Below are positions 33,259-42,698 of a stretch of 43,334 nucleotides of DNA, piece after piece. The DNA is from a virus (lineage: Duplodnaviria > Caudoviricetes), in the IMG/VR virus record IMGVR_UViG_3300027808_000052, positions 1 to 43,334 of that record. One strand, given 5' to 3'. Position numbers and translations under genes: made by a program. Positions within the stretch are counted from its first letter, which is position 1. Each line of letters starts with the position of its first letter. The notes beneath the pieces were generated by a model. That model ran no database searches and had not been told where the DNA came from. It saw only the letters and a program-made list of their open reading frames with translations.

Positions 33259-36200
33259 ATGGCTGACCCAACCAAGGTGATCAAAGGCGGATTAAAGGCT
33301 ATACAGGCCGCAAGCAAGGCGGCTGATGAGCAGTTGGCCGCAGGCAAGTTGAAGGCGGCACTGGAGGCCCAGCAAGCGCCCATGACGCGCCCCCAAGGCA
33401 CTGGCTTGCCTCTGATGCCCCGAGACTATGGGATGTACACCTTGCGTGAGCAGAAAGACCTTCCCCGTATGCCAATGGTGGACAAGGCCCGCGCCGAAGG
33501 CAAATCGCCCAAGTACAACGAGCGGATGCAAGATTTGCTCGACAGTCCCAAGGCCCGCAAGAAGGTGGACAACCTGATCAACAAGGGCAAAGACCTCAAC
33601 GTACAGGAGTGGTACGGCACCGAACCCCTGCGCCAAGTTACGCTGGATGCTGGCCGCACACCAGAGCAGTTTGAGTCAATGCTGGCGCAATTGGCAAGCG
33701 CCAGCCAGCGCAACCCGGTGGACAAGCAGAATCAGATGGGTTCATACCTGTACTACCTGAGTGAGACAGGCCAACTGCCTGCCAATTCACTCTTGTTGAC
33801 GAACAAACTCAAGAAGGCGCTCAAGGAAGACCCGTCGCTGGCCCAAGGCCGCACCTTGGTAGAGTTGCCCAAGGGCTATGGATCGCTGGCGCAGGGTGAC
33901 ATCTTTAACCGCGCTGTGATGATCGGCCAAGGCGACATTGCTGGCGCTCTACCCCCAAATAAGAAGTTGGGCACCTTCTATGAAAACCTACTGGGCAACG
34001 TCAAGCCCGTGACGGTGGATGTGAACGCACTGCGTGGCCCTATCATTGAGCAAGGTGACCCGCGTTGGCTGACATCCAAGTTGGTGGAGAAGGATGAGAC
34101 TGGCAAGATCACCAACTCGTACAAGCCGCGTGAGATGTATGACAGTGGCGAGATGTCGATGAGGGAGGCTCAACAGCGCCCCGGGTTTTGGGAGGCCGCG
34201 CCCTCTGGCTCCGAGTATGCAGGCTTTGAAGAACTGTGGCAACGCGGTGCAAAGCGTCACAGCATTGAGCCAGCAGAGGCGCAGGCGCTGGGCTGGTACG
34301 GCTCTGCTGATGTGACGGCGCTGAAGACCAAGCCAGAGAACTATGTGGACAACCTTGAGAGGTTGATCAAGCACACAGCCGAGCAGACAGGTAAGTCGCC
34401 TTCTGAGGTAATGAACGACATGATTACTGGCAAGGGCTTCCTACGCAAGGAGGGCGGCGCAGTGAAGCGCGAAGAATCCAAAGAAGACATGGCCCGATTC
34501 CAAAAGCGATTCGCTATGCACAAGGCTATTGGCGGCAGAGTCAAGAAGATGGCAGGCGGTGGCCGTGTCAGCATCTTTGACGCGCCAGCAAAGCGCATGG
34601 CAAGTGGTGGTAAGGCCAGCATCTTCGACAAGCCCGTCCACATGGTTGACGGTGGCAAAATCGGCAGAGGCTTGATGAGCGTCTTTGACAAAGCCAGCAA
34701 GGCCGCTGATGCCACGCTGGCTGGCGCAAAGGCATTACCTGTGGCAGAGCGCGACGCTAACCTTGCCAAGATGCTTGAGAAGAGCAAGGTTAAGAACAAG
34801 GCGTATCACGCAACAGATCAAGATGTAAAGCGGTTTGATCCAAAAGCAGACAAGCGAACAGAGAACAAGTCCAACATTGCTGGGTGGATGACAAACGATC
34901 CAGAGTTTGCAAACGACTTTGCGTCGCAGAAGTTTAGGTATTGGAAGACCCGTGAAAGACCTTGGGAGGAAGACCCTAATGTGCCACCGGGCGTGAACAT
35001 TATGCCTGTGCATTTGTCAATTGAGAATCCTTTTTACGCCACCGACCTGATCAAGAATTTATCTGGCGAACTGAACATGGATGAGGCCAATGCCGTGGCA
35101 AAGGCGCTAGGTGTAGGCGTTGATGAGTTGCTTGGCGACATCCCCAAGGCCATTAAGTACAAATCCTCTGGTAGTGAGCGTGAGCATATGCCCAGAGGGT
35201 TTGACCTTGTGAAGTCCACCGTGGCAACCGACGCGATGAAGCGACTAGGCCATGACGGCGTGATTGCCATTGAGAACGGCTCAGAAGTCTACGCGCCCTT
35301 CAAGGAAACGCAAATCAAATCTGCCACAGGCAACCGTGGCACCTATGACCTTGGAGAGTCTGACATCACTAAAGCCCGTGGTGGCCTGCTCCACATGGAC
35401 AAGGGCGGGAATGTAAAAGATAAGAGTTGGGAAGAAAGACTCTTCAAAAAATTTGAACATCTTCCCAAAATAGGGCCTCCATCACCATTTTCTCCGTTAG
35501 ACGTTGCTTATGGGTTATACAAATATAAAACAGGAGCATTCCCAATAGAAAACTGGTATAGCGACCTTGAATTTCGTACAAGACCCCGTCAAATTGATAC
35601 AGGTTCTGTGCCTGTGGGCACGCAATTTAACTCAACTGATTTTGATTCAAATGAGTTAAACAAAAAACTTGAACCAGTTCAAAGCCGCGCCAAAGGCGGT
35701 GCCGTCGGGCAAGAGTCACCAGCAGACATGGCACGTTTTAAGAAACGGTTTGCCATGCACAAAGCAATTGGTGGCGCGGTCAAGAAGCCCCAGAAGTTTG
35801 ACGGTGGTGGCATTGCATCCCCAGAGGAAAGTTCTGGCTCTCCACCTGACCGTGAGCAAACCAAGGCTGGCCTGATGGCCGAGTTTCTTGCCAAAGCGGC
35901 AAAGGATCAAGGCAAGGAGGAATTGTCCAGCCTAAAAAAGCCACGCGCCCTCACGGATTTGCTTAACCGTGGCGTGCTGGCGAACAATCCATTAAGCGCA
36001 GGCGTTGACCTTTTCAATTTAGGTCTGAATGTTGTTGGTGCAGGGAGCGAAAAGCCATTCCTTGGGTCTGAACACATGAAGGACTTGATGAACAAGACGG
36101 GCGTGACATCAGGCGAAGAGCGCCCCATGATGGAGACTGCGTTGAGTTTTGCCAGCCCCGCAGGCATGATCAAGGGGGCTATGAAAGCAACAGACGCGGC

Positions 36201-37848
36201 AAAGAAAGCGCCTGAGTTAATCAAAAAGGCATCAGACGCATTCACTTCAAGTAAAATGTCTCCTCTGGCAACAGGGGTGAAGACTGCAACGGCAGGGAAG
36301 CCAACAGGAGCAACATATGCTACAAAACAAGAAGGGCCATTCTTCCGAGTCAGCCCAACAACACTTGACACAAGTAAGGCAAAGACGCGAGGAATTAGAG
36401 AGGGAGATGAACTACAAGGCCCAGCCCCTCTCGGAGAAGGAGCAGGATCAACTGGACGCGAAACTCCGCAACTCTTATCGTCAGAAGAGGTGGGTCGAAT
36501 AATTGCAGACCCAGTTGCAAACGAGCCACTGAACATTGCAAAGAAATACACGCAAGAGACCCAAGGCGTTGACTTTGGGGTGCCTAACATCCCTGAAAGT
36601 TCGCTTGCCAAACAGTCAGCCATTGGCCGCGCACAGCAACTTGCGGTAGAGGGATCGCCTGAGTACAAGACGGCGGTGTTTGACGCCTATGCCAAGCAGA
36701 TGCCTGATGTGCTTGAGCAGGCAGGAGCCAAGAACTACGACGACCTGATGGAGAAGGCTTATCGTCAGATGGCAAAGGAGACTGACGATCAGTTCAAAGT
36801 CCTGCCTTACAACTTTTCGTACCACCGCGCAGGTGAGGGAAACTACAACGGGGCTATGGACATGGCCTCTGATGTCCACGGCAACAAACACCTGTATGTG
36901 TACCAAGGCGGTGACAAGCACGATTTTCTAAACCGCATAGACCCAGCGTCTGGCTTGAACGAGAACGAGAAGTTCCGCGCTGTTCACGACCTGCTTGGTC
37001 ACGCCATCTACGGCAACCAGTTTGGCCCCAAGGGTGAGGAGATGGCATGGGCCGTTCACAGCCAGATGTACAGCCCGTTGGCAAGGTTGGCTATGACAGC
37101 GGAGACTCGCGGTCAGAACTCAATGGTCAACTACAGCCCGCTGAACGCAAACTTAAAGGCTGAACTGGCAAAATACGACAACATGGCAAACGAAGCCCGC
37201 AGGAAGGGCGACGAGACTCTTTTGAGCAAGATCAATGCGGCCAAGCGGCAAGCATATGCTGGCTTTGAATTTGCGCCCAACAAGGCGGTTTTACTGCCCC
37301 CTGAGTTCCTTGACCCCAAGTTTGCTGGCGGAATGCCTGCTTACCTACAAGCCGCAAACCGACCCGCCAAGGGAACCGAAACCCAATCGGTTTTGACTCA
37401 CTTTAGCAACGACCCTAATTTGCAATCAACTGATCCTCGCAGGTACGGCACTGGCATTAAGGGTGCGGAGGGTGAGCGCCTGCGCGACTATGCTGGTGGC
37501 GTGCGTGACCGCTCGTACTTCTACATGGGCGAACCCGGGACGGTGTCACCCGAATCGGGCCTCGGGGTAAACCGCTACCGTGGCGAGGCGTCCAGCCTGT
37601 ACGACATCACGCAAGACCCGTTGAATTTTCAGAAGTTAGCCCGCGAGTCAAACCGCACGCCATTTACGGCAAAAGTCAACCAAGGCGTAACCTACCCTTT
37701 ACAGGATGCCAACGACATCGAACGTTTGGTTAAAGAATACGGCTACCAAGGCATGGCAAATCCAAAGGCCACCAAGCCAACGGCTATCATGTTTAAAGAA
37801 ACACCAGTTCGCCGCCAAGCACGCGGTGGGCTTACATTGATGAGATAA
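33259..37848 (+). CDS. Large polyvalent (multi-module) protein with ADP-ribosyltransferase-like domain(s)
   Basis: Module at about 34790-35370 has YHAT...FDP...WMT..P.FA..FA...IMPV.L.I.NP...GHDGVI...E....F...QIKSA.GN.G.YD, the ART-PolyVal-like pattern. Other modules are separated by xxxGG linkers. Confidence 0.75.
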   Translation: MADPTKVIKGGLKAIQAASKAADEQLAAGKLKAALEAQQAPMTRPQGTGLPLMPRDYGMYTLREQKDLPRMPMVDKARAEGKSPKYNERMQDLLDSPKARKKVDNLINKGKDLNVQEWYGTEPLRQVTLDAGRTPEQFESMLAQLASASQRNPVDKQNQMGSYLYYLSETGQLPANSLLLTNKLKKALKEDPSLAQGRTLVELPKGYGSLAQGDIFNRAVMIGQGDIAGALPPNKKLGTFYENLLGNVKPVTVDVNALRGPIIEQGDPRWLTSKLVEKDETGKITNSYKPREMYDSGEMSMREAQQRPGFWEAAPSGSEYAGFEELWQRGAKRHSIEPAEAQALGWYGSADVTALKTKPENYVDNLERLIKHTAEQTGKSPSEVMNDMITGKGFLRKEGGAVKREESKEDMARFQKRFAMHKAIGGRVKKMAGGGRVSIFDAPAKRMASGGKASIFDKPVHMVDGGKIGRGLMSVFDKASKAADATLAGAKALPVAERDANLAKMLEKSKVKNKAYHATDQDVKRFDPKADKRTENKSNIAGWMTNDPEFANDFASQKFRYWKTRERPWEEDPNVPPGVNIMPVHLSIENPFYATDLIKNLSGELNMDEANAVAKALGVGVDELLGDIPKAIKYKSSGSEREHMPRGFDLVKSTVATDAMKRLGHDGVIAIENGSEVYAPFKETQIKSATGNRGTYDLGESDITKARGGLLHMDKGGNVKDKSWEERLFKKFEHLPKIGPPSPFSPLDVAYGLYKYKTGAFPIENWYSDLEFRTRPRQIDTGSVPVGTQFNSTDFDSNELNKKLEPVQSRAKGGAVGQESPADMARFKKRFAMHKAIGGAVKKPQKFDGGGIASPEESSGSPPDREQTKAGLMAEFLAKAAKDQGKEELSSLKKPRALTDLLNRGVLANNPLSAGVDLFNLGLNVVGAGSEKPFLGSEHMKDLMNKTGVTSGEERPMMETALSFASPAGMIKGAMKATDAAKKAPELIKKASDAFTSSKMSPLATGVKTATAGKPTGATYATKQEGPFFRVSPTTLDTSKAKTRGIREGDELQGPAPLGEGAGSTGRETPQLLSSEEVGRIIADPVANEPLNIAKKYTQETQGVDFGVPNIPESSLAKQSAIGRAQQLAVEGSPEYKTAVFDAYAKQMPDVLEQAGAKNYDDLMEKAYRQMAKETDDQFKVLPYNFSYHRAGEGNYNGAMDMASDVHGNKHLYVYQGGDKHDFLNRIDPASGLNENEKFRAVHDLLGHAIYGNQFGPKGEEMAWAVHSQMYSPLARLAMTAETRGQNSMVNYSPLNANLKAELAKYDNMANEARRKGDETLLSKINAAKRQAYAGFEFAPNKAVLLPPEFLDPKFAGGMPAYLQAANRPAKGTETQSVLTHFSNDPNLQSTDPRRYGTGIKGAEGERLRDYAGGVRDRSYFYMGEPGTVSPESGLGVNRYRGEASSLYDITQDPLNFQKLARESNRTPFTAKVNQGVTYPLQDANDIERLVKEYGYQGMANPKATKPTAIMFKETPVRRQARGGLTLMR

Positions 37849-37852
37849 CTTT

Positions 37853-40360
37853 ATGGCAACACAATTTCCAAATGACCCCAACGCAGACCGTTTTATTGAC
37901 GGTCTGAAGATGACTGACGACGGCGGTGCTGTTGCTGAAGTGCCTGAAGAGGGTCAAGATGTCGAGGAGTTGGAAGATGGCTCGGCCATCGTGACGCTAG
38001 GTGAGTTCAAAGGCCCAGAAGAGAACCCAGACTTCTACGAGAACCTTGCGGAGACCATCAACATCTTTGACCTTGAGAAGATTGGGATGCGATACCTTGA
38101 TCTGATTGAGAAGGACAAGGAGGCCCGCGAGAAGCGTGACAAGCAGTATGAAGAGGGTCTCAAGCGCACGGGCTTGGGCGATGACGCCCCCGGTGGTGCA
38201 AACTTCTTCGGTGCCTCCAAGGTTGTCCACCCCATCATGGCCGAGGCGTGCGTTGACTTTGCCGCCCGCGCCATCAAGGAAATGTTCCCACCTGACGGCC
38301 CAGTGCGTACCAAGATTTTGGGCGAGGTTACCGAAGAGAAGACCGAGACCGCAGAGCGTAAGCGCGACTACCTCAACTGGCAGTTGACCGAGCAGATGGT
38401 CGAGTTCCGCGACGAGCAAGAGCAGTTGCTCACGCAGTTGCCACTTGGCGGCTCACAGTTTATGAAGATTTGGTACGACGACAAGAAGCGCCGCCCCTGC
38501 GCTGAGTTTGTGCCCATCGACAACATCCTCCTGCCCTATGCCGCCGTGAACTTCTACACAGCCCAGCGCGTGACAGAACAGCAGGACATCACTGGCTGGG
38601 AGATGCAACAGCGCATCGACCGTGGCCTGTACCGCGACATCAGGCTGATCCGCGCTACGGCAGAGCCAGAGCAAACAGCGTCCGAGAAGGCCAACAGCAA
38701 GATTGAGGGCAAGTCGTGGGATGACAACGAGGACGGCCTGCGCCGCGTGTTCCACATCCACACATGGCTGTCAATTGACGACGACTCATTGACCAACGGT
38801 GACTCCGCCCCCTACATCCTGATGGTTGACGAGTTGGAGAGCAAAGTGCTTGGCCTCTACCGCAACTGGGAAGAGGGCGACGAGGCAATGGAAAAACTGG
38901 ACTGGATGGTCGAGTTTAAATTCATCCCTTGGAGGGGCGCATACGCTGTTGGGCTACCTCACCTCATCGGAGGTCTCAGCGCGGCCTTGACGGGCGCATT
39001 AAGGGCTTTGCTGGACACTGCGCACATCAACAACTCGGCCACGATGCTGAAGTTGAAGGGTGCCCGCATCTCTGGTCAGACTCAGCAGATCGAAGTGACG
39101 CAGGTGACGGAGATCGAAAGCGCCCCCGGTGTCGATGACATCCGCAAGATTGCCATGCCCATGCCGTTTAATCCGCCATCGCCTGTGCTGTTTCAATTGC
39201 TCGGCTTTATCACCGACGCCGCCAAAGGCGTGGTGACCACCGCTGAAGAGAAGATTGCAGACGCCAAGTCTACGATGCCAGTAGGCACCACGCAGGCTTT
39301 GATTGAGCAGGGCGCTGTGGTGTTTTCTTCCATCCACGCACGCTTGCACGAGAGCCAGCGCAGGGTGATTGGAATTATTGGCCGCTTGAACCGTTGGTAC
39401 TTGGATGAGCAAAAGCGCGGCGACATGGTGGCCGAGTTGCCCGTCAAGAAAGAAGACTTCAAGCGCAACAGCGACATCGTGCCTGTCAGTGATCCCCACA
39501 TTTTCTCTGAGACACAGCGTGTGGCCCAGATGCAATCTGTGTTGCAGTTGTCCACACAGTTCCCTGCAATCTTTGACCAGCGTGCTGTTGTGAATCGAAT
39601 GCTCAAGCAGTTGAAGATTCCCAACGTGGGCGAGTTGATTCCGAACGCCAGCAAGCCTGCGGAGATGAACGCGGCAGACGAGAACAGCGCCATGTCGCTC
39701 GGACGCCCAGCGTTTGCCTACCCGCGTCAGGATCAGTTGGCTCACATCCAAACCCACTTGGCTTTTGCGCTCGATCCCGCTTTGGGATCAAACCGCTTGA
39801 TTGCGCCCAAGTACATCCCCAATGTGCTGGAACACATCAAGCAACACATGATGCTCTGGTACACAGGCCAGATGTCCTCCTATGTGCAGGGTGAGACAGG
39901 CGTGCAGTTTGGCAAGTACGAGGACAGCAAGTTTGTCAAGCAGATTGACAACGCGGTGGCTCTGGCTTCTACGCACTTGTCAATGGACACTGAGGAGGTG
40001 TTCAAAGGCTTGTTGCCTGCACTTGAGCAACTTGGGCAACTTATGCAACAGTTCAAGCCACCAGCACCTCCGATGGACGGCGAGGCACAGGCTGTGTTGC
40101 AGGCGTCTATGGCCGAGACCCAGCGCCGCGCCGCAGAAGACCAAGCACGCCTTGCCTTCGACACGCAGAAGTTGCAAGCGGATATGGCGCAAAAAGACAA
40201 GGATCGTCAGATCAAGATCGCAATCAACTCGGAGGACAACCTCACGACAGAGCGAATGAAGACTGCCGATTTGACCTTAGACGAGGTCAAACTAAGACAA
40301 GAGCAGGAGCAGACTGCTATCAAACTGCAAAACCTTACTCAACGCAACTTAGGAGATTGA
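37853..40360 (+). CDS. Portal protein
   Basis: 835 aa in the head module; F.GAS.VVHP..AEA.V.F.ARA.KE.FP..GPV, LPL.GS.F.K, and PVGTT.AL.EQG motifs with a coiled-coil barrel tail. Confidence 0.88.
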   Translation: MATQFPNDPNADRFIDGLKMTDDGGAVAEVPEEGQDVEELEDGSAIVTLGEFKGPEENPDFYENLAETINIFDLEKIGMRYLDLIEKDKEAREKRDKQYEEGLKRTGLGDDAPGGANFFGASKVVHPIMAEACVDFAARAIKEMFPPDGPVRTKILGEVTEEKTETAERKRDYLNWQLTEQMVEFRDEQEQLLTQLPLGGSQFMKIWYDDKKRRPCAEFVPIDNILLPYAAVNFYTAQRVTEQQDITGWEMQQRIDRGLYRDIRLIRATAEPEQTASEKANSKIEGKSWDDNEDGLRRVFHIHTWLSIDDDSLTNGDSAPYILMVDELESKVLGLYRNWEEGDEAMEKLDWMVEFKFIPWRGAYAVGLPHLIGGLSAALTGALRALLDTAHINNSATMLKLKGARISGQTQQIEVTQVTEIESAPGVDDIRKIAMPMPFNPPSPVLFQLLGFITDAAKGVVTTAEEKIADAKSTMPVGTTQALIEQGAVVFSSIHARLHESQRRVIGIIGRLNRWYLDEQKRGDMVAELPVKKEDFKRNSDIVPVSDPHIFSETQRVAQMQSVLQLSTQFPAIFDQRAVVNRMLKQLKIPNVGELIPNASKPAEMNAADENSAMSLGRPAFAYPRQDQLAHIQTHLAFALDPALGSNRLIAPKYIPNVLEHIKQHMMLWYTGQMSSYVQGETGVQFGKYEDSKFVKQIDNAVALASTHLSMDTEEVFKGLLPALEQLGQLMQQFKPPAPPMDGEAQAVLQASMAETQRRAAEDQARLAFDTQKLQADMAQKDKDRQIKIAINSEDNLTTERMKTADLTLDEVKLRQEQEQTAIKLQNLTQRNLGD

Positions 40361-40361
40361 A

Positions 40362-40541
40362 ATGGCTATTACTGACAAAGACCAACAGAGCGAACTAGTC
40401 AAGCAACACCAGCGCATGGCGTCTGGCGCTTGGGTTACAGGTGAAACCTTAAAAGAGCAATCAAAAGCGACCCTACCAGAGGCTAACAGCGACCACGGGA
40501 ATTTCTCCCAAAACAAGGGCGTTGACAAGAGAAACGCATGA
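40362..40541 (+). CDS. Small hypothetical protein (59 aa, MAITDKDQQSELVKQHQRMASGAW...), absent from the ORF track
   Basis: AGGAG RBS, starts 1 nt after the portal stop, ATGA-coupled to the next gene. Confidence 0.7.
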   Translation: MAITDKDQQSELVKQHQRMASGAWVTGETLKEQSKATLPEANSDHGNFSQNKGVDKRNA

Positions 40542-40723
40542 GGTATGTATCCGACTTTATTGGCGCTGTAAAAGTGCGTAAAGAGGCGGTGGTACAGGGT
40601 TTGTCAACGGGTAATGCCGCTGACTACGCCTCGTACCAGCGTCTGGTCGGACATATCGCAGGACTTGATGAAGCCCTTGAAATCCTTAACAACCTTTTAA
40701 AGGAAGATGACGATGACAGATAG
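40538..40723 (+). CDS. Small head-module hypothetical protein (61 aa)
   Basis: L..G...DY..Y..LVG.I.GL..A...L..L pattern, directly before the GroES-like gene. Confidence 0.7.
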   Translation: MRYVSDFIGAVKVRKEAVVQGLSTGNAADYASYQRLVGHIAGLDEALEILNNLLKEDDDDR

Positions 40724-41147
40724 CACGGTGGCTGGTAATTCAGCCGATTTGCGGGAAGCCTTTCCTGCTGTAGACCCCGGTGCGATACCCCTTGGCGCAA
40801 GAGTTTTAGTACAACTGCGCCGAACGAAGAAGACGGTAACGAGTGCCGGGATTATTTTGGTCTCCGAGACCAAAGAAACCGAGAAGTGGCAGAACATGGT
40901 CGCAAAAGTAATCTCTCTTGGCCCATTGGCGTTTAAGAAGCGCGACACGATGGAGTCATGGGTAGAGGGAACTTGGTGCGAGGTTGGTGATTTCATCCGC
41001 GTCCCTAAGTGGGGCGGTGATCGTTGGGAGGTTCCAGTCCCCGGCGAGACCCGTGATGATGACCCCGCCCTCTTTATGGTTTTGAACGACCATGAAGTGA
41101 TTGCCAAACTTACTGGTGACCCACTCGCAATGAAGGCATTCCTATGA
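40707..41147 (+). CDS. GroES/Cpn10-like co-chaperonin
   Basis: PLGARVLV, T.AGIIL mobile loop, AKV..LGP, ..VGD.. and LNDHEVIA motifs. Confidence 0.82.
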   Translation: MTMTDSTVAGNSADLREAFPAVDPGAIPLGARVLVQLRRTKKTVTSAGIILVSETKETEKWQNMVAKVISLGPLAFKKRDTMESWVEGTWCEVGDFIRVPKWGGDRWEVPVPGETRDDDPALFMVLNDHEVIAKLTGDPLAMKAFL

Positions 41148-42127
41148 GTACCGAAAACGAACAAGAAGTGATTGTGATTCAAGAGGAAAAAGACGGTTCT
41201 GCAACCATCGATTTACCTCCAAGTATCCCCTCACCAACAAGAAACGAGAACGAAGACTCCGACGAGGCCGATGAACGTGCCAGACAAGCCGAAATGGCGG
41301 TTGGTGGCGGTGTTGACCCCCAAGCAGAGGCCCTGAGAGCGCAAAAACGCCTTAAACGGGTCAAGCGCAAGGAGTATCACAAGCAAGTCTCAACCGAAAA
41401 AGACCACAAACTGGACTTTTTGAGCCGCCAAAACCAAGAGTTGATCGAAAGACTGTCGGTTTTAGAGAAAAAGGCGCAGGGAAGTGACCTTGCACGCTTG
41501 AATGCGGCCAGACAGGAGAAGCACAACAAGATTTTGTTTGCCAAAGAGAAAATGGCCGAGGCAACCCAAACTGGCAACGGAAAAATGCAGACTGCGGCGC
41601 AGGAATTGTGGTTTGACGCCCGTCGGGAGTATGAAGCCCTCGACAATGTGATCAAAAAGGCCACCGCGCCCCAGCGTGAACGCACAATTCGCGCCCCTGA
41701 CCCTCAACTACAGCGTCATGCCAACAATTGGATGCAAAACAACCAGTGGTACGACCCAAATGGCAAAGACCCTGACTCAAAGGTCGCTTTAACCATCGAT
41801 CAGGCGATGGCTGAAGAGGGATGGAACCCAAAAACGCCCCAATATTGGGAAGAACTTGACAACCGCTTGCTAAAGTATTTGCCTCACCGTTATACTGGCG
41901 ATACCGATGAGAAACCGATTCGGAATTCTAGACCAAGGAATGTTGTGACGAGTTCAGGCCGCGAAAGTTCTTCGAGTAGTGCGATTGGAAAAAACCAGTT
42001 TGCGTTAACACGCGATCAAGTCCAAGCCATGAAAGATGCTGGAATGTGGGATGACGCCGATAAACGAGCGAAGATGATTCGACGCTACGCATTGGAAGCC
42101 AAACAAAATCAAGGTTATAGGAGTTAA
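41144..42127 (+). CDS. Capsid scaffolding protein-like
   Basis: Acidic N-terminus, long coiled coil, W...N.W and Y..ELD.R motifs and a C-terminal LT..Q...M...G helix; head-module position. Confidence 0.7.
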   Translation: MSTENEQEVIVIQEEKDGSATIDLPPSIPSPTRNENEDSDEADERARQAEMAVGGGVDPQAEALRAQKRLKRVKRKEYHKQVSTEKDHKLDFLSRQNQELIERLSVLEKKAQGSDLARLNAARQEKHNKILFAKEKMAEATQTGNGKMQTAAQELWFDARREYEALDNVIKKATAPQRERTIRAPDPQLQRHANNWMQNNQWYDPNGKDPDSKVALTIDQAMAEEGWNPKTPQYWEELDNRLLKYLPHRYTGDTDEKPIRNSRPRNVVTSSGRESSSSSAIGKNQFALTRDQVQAMKDAGMWDDADKRAKMIRRYALEAKQNQGYRS

Positions 42128-42131
42128 GAAA

Positions 42132-42665
42132 ATGGATTCTCGTTTAAAAAAATCTCTATCCGCTGGTGGACGCGAAAATCGCGCAAGTCTTGACAAAAGT
42201 CGAGAGGCCCCAGAGGATAATTTCGTGTCAGCCGATGAGCGTCGCAAGATGTGGAAGGATGAATGGACACAAAGTGCATTGCCGTCTGTCCCTGAGATGA
42301 AGGGATGGCACCTTTGCTGGTTATCTACGACCAACAGTTATGACAGTATTGACAAGCGTATTCGCCTTGGCTACGTCCCCGTGAAAGCGGAAGAATTGCC
42401 GAGCATGGATAACAACAAAGTCAAGGCTGGGGAACACGCTGGATTTATTTCGTGTAATGAGATGCTCTTGTATAAAATTCCAATGGAACTTTATCAGGAT
42501 GTTATGGCTCATTTCCACCACGAAGCGCCTCTTGAGGAAGCGAACAAGATTCGCCTTCAGGCAGAGCAAGTAGTGGGCCGAGATAGTTCTGGGCGGAAGT
42601 TGGGACAGGTCGAGGGCGAAGGTTTGGAAGATTCAAGTAGACAGTTACCCGCACCAATTTTTTGA
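42132..42665 (+). CDS. Head-module hypothetical protein (177 aa)
   Basis: Between scaffold and decoration genes; LP.VP...GW..CW.S...R...GY.PV...E. Confidence 0.65.
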   Translation: MDSRLKKSLSAGGRENRASLDKSREAPEDNFVSADERRKMWKDEWTQSALPSVPEMKGWHLCWLSTTNSYDSIDKRIRLGYVPVKAEELPSMDNNKVKAGEHAGFISCNEMLLYKIPMELYQDVMAHFHHEAPLEEANKIRLQAEQVVGRDSSGRKLGQVEGEGLEDSSRQLPAPIF

Positions 42666-42698
42666 GCGGGTGAATTTAACCAAACAAGGAGTAAGACT

